A DNA stretch of 64,000 nt from Antedon mediterranea (lineage: Eukaryota > Animalia > Echinodermata), in assembly GCF_964355755.1 (NCBI RefSeq), contig NC_092673.1:10478001-10542000 (forward strand). The letters are read 5' to 3'. Below are positions 42,925 through 53,900 of this stretch, in pieces. Position numbers and translations under genes: made by a program. A model generated the notes under the pieces. It had not been told where the DNA came from, did not search any database, and was given only the letters and a program-made list of their open reading frames with translations. Numbering within the stretch: position 1 is the first letter of the stretch; each line of letters begins with the position of its first letter.

Positions 42925-43480
42925 GTAAACATTATACAGTAACGGATACATGATTCCACCCTGTCGCACTCCGTTTCTTACATAGAACCATCGGGAGATA
43001 GATCTTCCCCATTTAATACAAAACTGTTGCTGTGAGTACCAACACGATAACAATTTTACAATTGCGGTTGGCATCTTTCTGTTTAACAATTTTTAAAAAA
43101 GAGTCCAGTTATTTAATCTGTCATATGCCTTAGAGGCATCAAGAAAGCAAGCATATACAGGGATATTTTGCCGAGTATAAAATGCAACAACTTGTTTTAA
43201 GACTAATATACATGTATCTGTGGAGTGACCCGATTTAAACGCAAACTGATGGTCAGATGACTTAAGGCTATCTCCGGACAATTTAATTAATACAAATTCT
43301 AGTACCTTAGATACCACACTAGCTAAAGCTATAGGCCTAATTGCTTTTACTCGTAATATCACCTGATTTAGATTTTAAAATCGGAACAATTTATCACTAG
43401 ATAAATCTTTAATAATGCCCGCTACCTGTTGGACATTTACCTCACAACCACAATCATCATTACAATTAACAAGTATACTG
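42925..43480 (-). pseudogene. Non-LTR retrotransposon reverse transcriptase fragment
   Basis: RPIALASVVSKVLE, QFAFKSGHST, CFLDASKAYDRL, NGVRQGGIM.PLLYNVY. Contains an in-frame stop and is truncated before YADD. Confidence 0.9.
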
Positions 43481-43954
43481 TGAACATAATCCTCCGTCAT
43501 GAAATAACCTCTCAACTGCATACTGCATAATTTTCAGATAATCAACCAAACGTGTTTTTGTTATCATCCGGAATGAACAATAATTGCAAGTAATTGAAAA
43601 TCCGAATGCACCACAAGGTGTATCATTCCCTAAATTGCCCAAAAAGCTTTTATAAAATGTGTCAATTGAGACGTTCTTTCACGAAAAAAACCACTTGGAA
43701 TTACTACTTAAAACCACGAAATATTTTGACTTAACATTAGGAACATATTCCCAGATCGGTAAAATTATTCCATCGACTACCTAAATTTAATGTTTCAATA
43801 TTAACCACCATTTGAGTTGATTTTTAATTCAATTTCTAAATTGTTTATATATACCAAGCTATCTTTATTGTTTTCTAATCTCACTCTTTTCACCAGCATT
43901 ATGCCTCTTTTGTTTTATTTCTTTTATTCCAGTCCACTCAGGCAGCGCTTGATT

Positions 43955-44130
43955 TCTACACACTGATGAAGAGCTAGTTTTGCCCGAAAGCTCTGCTAAT
44001 TTTGTCTAGTTGTTTAAATTGTATCGTTTAGATTTAGCTTTTTGATTATATTATTTTGTATCTTTATTAAGATCAAGCCACTGATACCCACAGTCACACT
44101 GATACCCACAGCATTGTCTTTTTTTCAGTA
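43955..44130 (+). mobile_element. Penelope-like element terminal remnant with degenerate hammerhead core
   Basis: CTGATGA (43963) ... GAAA (43986). The downstream AGCCACTGATACCCACA segment recurs at ~47290-47345. Confidence 0.45.
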
Positions 44131-46069
44131 ATTTGGATTTATATTGAAAATTATCTATTTTTTTCAACCCACTAAGGCTGTCTCTCTCTCTCTCTAATTC
44201 TGTTAATATTATATATAAATGAACTTACAAAAGATTTCAAAGAGAAAGAGATTAATATTTTTTATTGATAAAAAGACTCATTCTTGGCCGACGATATAAT
44301 TCTCATTGGAAATAGTGAAAATGATCTACAATCATTATTGAAAGCATCAATTTAGAACCAAATTTAAAATGTTATAATTTTGAAAAATAATATGCAGGCC
44401 TGATTGTAACCAACCACCAACGCATTAACAATCAAATGAAATAGCCAATCGGTAACAAATTCATAGACGAAGCCAACATGTATAGCATGCACACAGAAAT
44501 TACAAAAACACAAGCCATATAGATGAAGGAAAAGGATCGAACAGAATTATTTTATTAAATTTTCATGCAGTCAAACAACGCAACAAAGCAACCTGGGGAT
44601 TTCCTTTCTTGAGTGCTAAGCACTATCGAATTGGTTATCTATACTGCATTTCAATCGTAAAACAATAAAAATACATAAGATATAATAAATTGTGTGAACA
44701 ATCATTTAAATATACAGATAACATGGTTCGTGTGTACAGACAATTAAAGATGATATACGATAAAATTAGGAATATCTTGCCAAACATGGGGACAATTTTT
44801 ATACAAGGAATAATTAAAAGAATTGGTTCTTTAATATTATTAATTATTCTTTAACAATTGTGTTCTGTTTATGTAGTTATCTGTATGAAAAAAAGCGCCA
44901 TCTATAGCGGACGTATAAGTAGCGATAATTTTGACCAATCAAATTGGGATTCTTTCAAACTCATTGTTTCCTAAAAAAAATCCCAAGCTCTGAACTTACC
45001 ACTCATCGTATTACTATAAGGATATTCATTTCTGAAAAATAGGCCAAGTTTACATGAAGGATGATTTGATCATAATAGGGGAAGTGGTTTGATGATAGAA
45101 TCTAAAGTTTATATAAACTTTTTTTTTAAGATTTAATGTGGCGTACAGTTAATTATGTTATGAATTTTTTTGTATCTCTTTATCAAAAGCACAGTCTCAA
45201 TGAGGGAGATGTGCAACAAGAGTAAATAAACATAATTATATTTTTAAAAAAATATACATAAAAACCATTAAAAAAAATATTTAAAAAGTATAATTTGTCA
45301 TGACAAACCACTGACAAATTTGATATCTTCAAATATAAAACAAAACGTAAAAAAACAAAGCATTATTAAAAGTAAACTGAGAAAGATTAAAAACTAGAAA
45401 TGTTACTGTTACTCTATATTCATGCACTACGCATATTTTAGTTTACATTTCTATGGCTTTAGGTTAAATCAGGGATCAACCCAAGTTTTCGGCATGTATT
45501 GAATATAGGACTATTCCATTATTATTTATAGGGGTGTTAGTCAATATGTTGGGTTAGGTGTGCCAGGCTTGTTGAGGCTTCTATTGTTCGTGTCATTGTG
45601 CCAATTGTTTTGTATTTCACTGTGTTTGATAAAAACAAACAAAAAACTGCTGCTGTAGTTAGCCTATAGCTTTTATTATGTGTCTGTAAATTATATCGTA
45701 TTTTACACTATATACAGTAGCCTATAGGCCCTAACATGTTTTTTTACTCAACAGTTAAATCAAGTAGCCTCTACAAATAACAAGAAAAGATCAAGAAAAA
45801 GATTCATATACATTTTAATCTTATTTAATTTATGTTTTAATTTATATAAAATATCCAATTTATGTTTTAATTTATATAAATACATCCATGTTTGGTTTTT
45901 TTTCTCAACAGTTGCAAATAGCCTCTACAAACAACAAGAAAAAAATCGATAGATCGAAAGATACATTCTTCAAACTTTATTCAAATATAAGGCACAAGAA
46001 CTTTAACATTATTTAATAAGGCACAAGGAACATATACTATTTTAACTTACTTAATCTGTTTAATTTATA

Positions 46070-46300
46070 TTATGCCATATCTTTCTCGCCACATAAATTC
46101 GTCAAGGTATTCCGGTAACCATTCCCGTTTACACCTATTCTTTTTAACTTTAATTTTTCACGATTCCAGTAGGATTCTATGTTTTGAGTGTGGACTCCTG
46201 TTATTGGATCAACAACATTCTTACTGTGGTTTACTGTTAAGTGTCCATCTACCACATCCAGGTCCTGTACTCTGGAATAAACCTTCCATTTATTTGATGG
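46070..46300 (-). pseudogene. Merlin/IS1595(ISXO2)-family transposase C-terminal fragment
   Basis: HLTVNHSKNVVDPITGVHTQNIESYWN motif; frameshifted and truncated. Confidence 0.85.
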
Positions 46301-46399
46301 TCATTTTAATATAAGGCATGAAATAAGATTATTGGCATGTATTTATTTTGTTTGTATGGTATTTATATTTTTGTAATATTTTGTTTGGTTGGAATTCAC

Positions 46400-46909
46400 T
46401 GAATCTTTTACAGTAATTTATTAATAACGGTACCTGTGATTTTACATTACCATTGACCATTGAAATCGACAGTAATTTTAATGTAGTTTTACAGTTATTT
46501 ATCAACATTATTCTACATTAATGGTAGACCACTTCCTTTGAAATCGACAGTAATTTTACGTAGTTTTATGGTACCCGTGATTTTACGTTATTGTTGACAA
46601 ACAGACTTTCAGATTAACAGTAATTATACTGTAGTAATTTATTAGAAACGGTACCTGTGATTTTACGTTATAGTTGACATCCGACTTTCAAGTTAACAGT
46701 AATTTGTAGTTTTACAGTAATTTATTTTCAACAGTACCTGTGATTCTACATTACGGTAGACAACCGAGTTTATGACCAACAGTAATAATTTACTGTAGTT
46801 TTACAGTAATTTATTTTCAACAGTACCTGTAATTCTACATTACGGTAAATTACTGGCGTCCAGATTGCCAGTAATTTACAGTTTTTTTATAAGAATTTTT
46901 TTAACAGTG
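46400..46909. mobile_element. EnSpm/CACTA-type non-autonomous element end with internal tandem repeats
   Basis: Terminus TTTTTAACAGTG|TA (reverse complement CACTGTTAAAAA), subterminal hairpin AAATTACTGGC...GCCAGTAATTT, and degenerate repeats containing GTACCTGTGATTTTAC. The other end was not found. Confidence 0.55.
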
Positions 46910-47835
46910 TAGGCCCTATATATCCTGTACTGGGGAAGGGTTAGTGTGTGTTGCATGAGAGAAAGTTCTGCAATTTTATTTCTGACTATTTTAGTTTTTG
47001 TGTCAGGATCAGCTGGAGAGAGAACCTCACGAACATTGCTAACTCATTGAGTTGAACCAAACATGACACTACTAAATAACACTTAAAACTGGGTCGATGA
47101 AATAAAACATATATACCTTCAATTAAATATGTTACACAATGTATGTTTTGCTTAATCTTATGCCTTTAAGTGTACTGAATTTGTTAAAGTCATAAACTGT
47201 TGAGAAAAAAACAAACATGGATGTATTTATATAAATTGTTTTTCTGGCTGTTTTACTTTATCGTTTTGATTGAGCTTTTCGCTTTTTTTTTTGTATCTCT
47301 ATTGAGATCCAGCCACTGATACCCACATCATTGTCGTTGTTTCATTAATTTTCCTTTGGATTTATATAAATTAAAACATAAATTAAATAAGTTGTATATG
47401 TTTTCTCCTTATTGTGAATAACGTTTGAATGTATTTTTTCTTGTTATTTGTAAGAGGCTATATAACTTGATTCGGCTGTTGAGAAAAAAAAAACATATAA
47501 TAATATTACATGAAATGTAAAATAAAACATGATAATATGATTTAACTGTTGACGGTAAAAAACATGTTAGGGCCTATAGGCTATATAAATATAGTGTAAA
47601 ATACGATATAATTTACAGACACATAGGCTAACTATAGCAGCAGTTTTTTGTTTGTTTTATCAAACACAGTGAAATACAAAACAATTGGCACAATGACACG
47701 AACAATAGAAGCCTCAACAAGCCTGACACACCCAACCCAACATATTGACTAACACCCCTATAAATAATAATGGAATAGTCCTATATTCAATACATGCCGA
47801 AAACTCAGGTTTAAAGTAGTACAGTATTGTAATTG

Positions 47836-47890
47836 CATTGGACGTTGACGACGTCACATGAAATATAACGTTGATCAGCAGCCAATCAAA
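47836..47890 (+). promoter_or_regulatory. Possible transposase promoter (ATTGG/CCAAT boxes flanking a CRE-like TGACGACGTCA)
   Basis: Motifs lie about 100-150 bp upstream of ATG 47985. Motif evidence only. Confidence 0.3.
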
Positions 47891-47984
47891 TTCGTTCGCG
47901 CTTTTTCCAAAGATTAGATGCGAATGACGGTTAAATGAACATAAAACCGTATATTGTTCATTTCTGTTATCAATTTGTTAAATC

Positions 47985-50900
47985 ATGAACATGATAAGCG
48001 ACTCTGAGCTAATGCTTCAATACTCAAGCGAAGACGATGCATATTTCTACGATAATAACATTATGAATATCACATTTTCTGATGATGGCACGACAGAACA
48101 CCCTGTTCCAACTGCTGAGCGTATGCTATACTATTTTTCAAGTGAAGACGATGAAGAAGGCCTAGGCCTAGTCCTAGGAGTAGATGATACAGAAGGGTCG
48201 CCTACTGGGATTAGGCCTACAACAATGAATGTTCATACCTAGGTAGTGTTGTGAACGGCGCCCGCTGGGTAAACAGACCACCCCGCCGACCGAACGAGGG
48301 CGTCGCCCCGATAGCTTGATTTGCATACAGGGGGTATGTAAATGTTAACGTGGGACCTCGACGCCGCCCGAGCTGGGCTATTCGAAGCAGGAACCAATGA
48401 GAAACGGACACAACCGGAATTGACCAAGATATTTGGATTTACTGCTTACGGATACCTGTGTGATTTAGGACAAGCGGGACTGTTAAGGTAAGCCTAGTAG
48501 CTTTCATTACCAGGCCATTCCAGCACCGACCTAAAATCACAACATTGGCGCTGCGAGCAAAAGCTCGGAAATCTTTTTTTTTGGTGGGGAGGCGGGTGCC
48601 TTGATTGCCAGCTGGCATTCTTAACGTGATCGGGTTGATTGCGAGGTATTTCGTCCTCTGCTGAAACTATTAACTTATTGTACTTACGGTGCATTTGTTA
48701 GTTTATTGAAGTTGGTATATTTATTGAAGGTACAACATACCGGTAAAGTTAATCACGCAGTATTGTGGCATTTGGATACTTGCTGATTAGCGTATCGACG
48801 GGGTAGTCGATGCATACCGGGAGTTGTATTTATTTTGCTATAGTTGAAGGATTAGTGGGCAGTTTACTAGGCCGTATCACCTGGTGGGATACTAGGCGTG
48901 GCCGTTGAACTGAGTGGCACCACTAATTTTAAATTTGATTGTTTTTTATTGATAACATCTTTTTCGTCCGTCAGTCAGGTTTTTCATCTTGAGAAATTAT
49001 ATTGGCTGTGCGTATTATTGTGTTAACCTCAGAGTGGCATTATCGCTCTCCTTTCTTTGCATCGGGGGAAGGTTTAGTGGTAAGTGTTGTTAAACTGTAT
49101 TGACGTCTTTTTGAATAATCTAGTTGTTTCTCATTGCAGGTTTGCTGGTGAAATATTTTATTATAATGATTTGCATCTCCAACAACCATTTTGCAATATT
49201 GTGTGTGTGTTACTGCATTGACGATATTTTATTCTATTGTTGGGCCTGTAATTTTTATTACGTCTGGCGGTATTTTAATTTGTATCGTACTCTTTGCTTG
49301 ATAACATCTGTTATCTCACACTGCAGCTAGTTTTACCATACTGAAGATCGTAAAGTGTTACTACAACTTTTATTCCGTGCCAGTCTGTTTTCTTCTGGAA
49401 AGCTTGAAGACTGTTCACGTGATTTGTGACTTCAACTTCACACGCTGATTTTCACTGCCTTTCTGTGGAGGGGAGTGGTCTGGTGATCAGTGTTCGTTGA
49501 GCATTACCAAGATCTGGATTTGAAGTATCGTCATCATTTGAATGCTGTGCAATTGGTGAATGTATCACAAATGTTTTAATAGTTTTATGCCCATTTTAAT
49601 ATTCCAGGCATTGGTATTGTATGGCATTTTACATTCCTAGTTTATACACAGTATTCATCTTAAACCGGACAATTACTAGTGGCACAACATACCTTTAGAT
49701 ACATTTTAATGAAAGTCTTTGACCTCTGGCAATACTTTTATACTTTTTAAGTGTATCGTATGTTTTAAAGGATGCCTCATGTTGCAATAAATTTCTGGAC
49801 AGAGCCAGATCTTGTCCATCTACTAGGAAAGAGAGCTAGGAAAATTACTGATTGGAGGTCCAAATTTGGAAATATTAGAGCCTGTGACTTAGAATATTTA
49901 ACTGGAATCAAGTGCTTGTCATCCAAAACGACTCGCTGGGATTTCACACCGAATCCTCAATTAGTGAGTAGTTGGGTTCAGAACACTAGCACTCCTCAGC
50001 TGTTCCATGCAGCACAAGTTCCATTTGGAACTTATTCCGGTGATTTACCTGGTGGTAGTTTCTCATGGAGACACACCAGTACCAACCAACCTAGTTCTGA
50101 CCACAGAGAAAAGACAGATTCAGGTTGTAGGAATACTCACTATAGGTATGCAACCAAAGCAGAATGTCAACCAATATCTGAACTGTTAGCTTTAGACTCT
50201 AGTCTTAATGTACGGGGTCACCATTGCACTAAAGGTAGTAAAACCTCAAAAACTAGATCTGTGTCTAAGCTTTGTAGATTACTGACAGAGGATTGTTTCA
50301 GTGACTCTTCTAGTAGCTCTAGTCTTATGGACTCCAGTTCTAGTAATGATGAGAGTTGTACAAGTGACGAAGATAGTGATCAGGATAGGGCTTATGGTAA
50401 ATATTCTACGAGTGTTCAATCTAAAAGACGACACTCGCATAGGCATTCCCAACGATCACAAAAACTATTGAGACAAAAAGACATTCCCACGTCTCTAACT
50501 TTTAATGGCTGGGATGATGACTGGTATCTTTTTAAGAAACGGTTCAGATCTTTCGCAAAGGCGCAGAACCTTACCACCGGGGATAGTAAAAATGCCCTTT
50601 TTTGGTGTATGGAGGGACCTGCGGCAAAGTTCTTAACCAATCTTTTAAGGATGGAGCCAACATTAGACTTCAAAGAGATGATGGATGTCCTCAGTGTACG
50701 TTTCGGAGACGGTGAGCGGTTTCTAAAACAAGAACTAATAACCAGCCTATCCTGGTGGGGTCAACCCTGCATTTCAACCAGCTGATTTACATGCAAATGA
50801 GCAAACTGGACAGGATATTCAAGCGTGAGACCCCTTTCACAACACACCTCCCCATTCTAAAAGGGAAGCATTCCACCTTTCTCACACTAGCTTGAATACA

Positions 50901-53900
50901 CCGAGGAAACTCCCTGAAATGTGGGTTCTGTACGTCTTCTTCTACATCATCATGGTAAGTGTGAAGCTCAGGAGGCAATGTGATGTACATTTGTTGAACT
51001 CAGGTTGATCTCGGAAGTTGCTGCAGATGGTAGGTATAGTGATGCAGGAGCTGATATCTGTACATCAGTATGCCTCCTGAGCTTCACACTTACCATGATG
51101 ATGTAGAAGAAGACGTACAGAACCCACATTTCAGGGAGTTTCCTCGGTGTATTCAAGCTAGTGTGAGAAAGGTGGAATGCTTCCCTTTTAGAATGGGGAG
51201 GTGTGTTGTGAAAGGGGTCTCACGCTTGAATATCCTGTCCAGTTTGCTCATTTGCATGTAAATCAGCTGGTTGAAATGCAGGGTTGACCCCACCAGGATA
51301 GGCTGGTTATTAGTTCTTGTTTTTTTCAGGTGCAGCAGAAATAAGACGGTGGTTTTAAATCATGACAAGCTGGCTGATTTTAATTTACCTCCTCTTTCTT
51401 CACCTACAGATCCGGATGCAGGACCGTTGTATTGTCTATGTCGCCAGCCCTGGGCCGGCTCGTTTATGATACAATGTGACTATTGCGAGGTGTGGTACCA
51501 CGGTGCATGTGTGAATATTGCACTATCTGAGGCCTGGGACATTGACTTATATCGATGTGCGGACTGCAAGTCCTCAGTTAACAATTAAGTACTCACGTTT
51601 ACCTTCTCTTCTTCCTCAGATATGGATCAGTTACCGTTTGCTGACGGAAGTGATACGGAGATTTCCGAGATGGAGGAGGATGTGTTCTTGGCTAGTCCGG
51701 GGGTACAGGAGGAACTGACGGTGGCTGGGAATACGGGAGGGGCTTGCCCGGCGGCGAGCACCCCAGCCAAGGGGAAACCAATCTGCCATCTGATGACCCC
51801 GAAAGAAGAGGCAGCGGCTGGGGATACGAGAGGGGCTTGCCCGGTGGTGAGCACCCCAGCCGAGCGGAAACTAAAATGCCATCTGGGATGTGGTCCAGTG
51901 AGCAACATACGGGTCCACGTCACGAAGACGCATGCCCCGGCATGTTTCCGGCCACTGGAACGGAGTTCTTGGCGGAGGGCACGAGTGCAGTGGCGGGCAC
52001 TCACCAGTTTGGCAGCGGAGGGCCTTGGTAAAGGCAGAACACCAGAGGACCTGAGATGTCTCCTGAACGCCCAGCACCTTATGGGGGATGGCACTGATGT
52101 CCTACCCCCGGATAGGAAAACTCGTAGTGCCATCTTTATGCTGACACGGGTGATTGGGGGAAAGAGGCCCCCGCCTCTCACAATAGCTCCGGTTATCAGT
52201 CACCCGTCGGCTCTCATACACTGGCGCTGTGTGATCGCTCTCATCGCCTCTTTTGGTGAGGAGTTGGTGAAGGAGTGTGGTCGTCGGGCTGAGGAGGAGG
52301 AGCCGGCAGTGGACCAGATCGTCAAAAAGTCGACAAAGAGAAGGGCGGCAGAGGGAGAACATGGAGAGCGACCGACCAAGCGCGATGCCCCGGCACCGAA
52401 GGATGGTAGATCAGTGGCGGCGCCACCGATTGTGCGGGGTACATCGGCTTCGCTTGGTTCGGCACCCAAAGTGTTCGATGCTTGTTTTCACCTGGACCGG
52501 TTGCAGAGGGACCTGCAGCTTTCCAGACGAGCGGACCTCTGGGACGTGGAGCGAGCGGTGCGGGTGAGGAGTAGAACACAGCCTGTGGAAGTGGTAGGCG
52601 GGATTGCCCTGTTTGGCGATCCAACCACTTACCCCACCGAGCGGGAGATTGGTGGACTGGCGAGGAACGGCTGTGCGGTGGGCTTGGGAGTGGCTCCTGG
52701 CTACTCGCCGACAACGGTCCAATTCGATAGGCTCCTGGCCTTAGCCCGAACTCGAGATGTTCGAGTAATCGGGAGAGTGGGATTGGACCATTCGGCCCCG
52801 CCTACAGATTGGCCGAGACAAGATCTGCTGCTAAAGAGGGTGTTGGGTCGTTGCTTGGACGGCCGCCACCACCGCATCCTGTGTCTTGAAGTCTCTGGAG
52901 TTCAAGGCGATGTCACTGGGGAGGAGTGCCACTATCGCGTCTTGGACATCTTGCGTCTAAGTCGTGTGTCGAAGGAACAGCGTCTGCTTCTGGCAGACTA
53001 CGCTTCCACGGAAGCCGTAGCCACCGCCTACCTTCGACATTTCCCCAGGACATACTTAATTAGTGTGACCAGTCGAGTGACGGGCTTTACGGCCGATCAA
53101 CGCAAGGGCCTGCGTTTCATCGCTACCAATGAAGATCGGCGATTGCTGATGGGGTCAAACGGACCGGATTATCCTCCTGCCGGATACCCAGTTGGAGCAC
53201 CTCATCTGCTGTGGGCGACCGCCGTCGCCGTGGGACAGGTGCTCGACCGGAGCCCCGGGCAGGTCACTGATCTGACATGGAAGAACGGTCGAGATCTCCT
53301 TTGAGCCCCTGGCTCACCCACAACCAGAAGTTTTCAGTTTTCCAGAAGTTTTCCGTTTCAAAAGAACATGGTTCTGTTTTACATTTATTTTCATTTATAT
53401 CTTTCAGGTATCTAGGGAAGCGGAGGACGGTGCTACAGGCATGTCCCACGGCTAGTGACTACCTGAAGGGATCGTTGGAAGCGGTCTACACAGCTACGGG
53501 TATTGGGTATTTTTTCACGTACGAAAATCACCCGGTTTACCCCCGAGGTGGATCCAGGACGGGGTGCCCGCTTTTCAAACACGGGAGGAGTGTTGTGAAC
53601 GGCGCCCGCTGGGTAAACAGACCACCCCGCCGACCGAACGAGGGCGTCGCCCCGATAGCTTGATTTGCATACAGGGGGTATGTAAATGTTAACGTGGGAC
53701 CTCGACGCCGCCCGAGCTGGGCTATTCGAAGCAGGAACCAAGGAGAAACGGACACAACCGGAATTGACCAAGATATTTGGATTTACTGCTTACGGATACC
53801 TATGTGATTTAGGACAAGCGGGACTGTTAAGGTAAGCCTAGTAGCTTTCATTACCAGGCCATTCCAGCACCGACCTAAAATCACAACAGTAGGCCTAGGC

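Larger units (their letters stand above)
45478..47811. repeat. Inverted repeat pair (~45478-45950 vs ~47190-47811) enclosing Merlin and EnSpm remnants
   Basis: GTTTTCGGCATGTATTGAATATAGGACTATTCC and its reverse complement near 47772-47804. No clear TSD. Confidence 0.8.
48247..53888 (+). mobile_element. Non-autonomous Ty3/Gypsy LTR retrotransposon (pol deleted)
   Basis: 298-bp TGT...ACA LTRs with 2 differences seen, 4-bp TSD GTAG (48243-48246, 53889-53892), PBS and PPT. No RT, RNase H or integrase core motifs. Confidence 0.95.

Noticed and set aside
50787-51261. Twin ORFs PPELHTYHDDVEEDVQ...
   Set aside because: Produced by the inverted repeat; no evidence that they are coding.
51627-52722. 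Many overlapping and antisense ORFs over the TatD ORF
   Set aside because: Shadows of a GC-rich coding region with no recognisable motifs.
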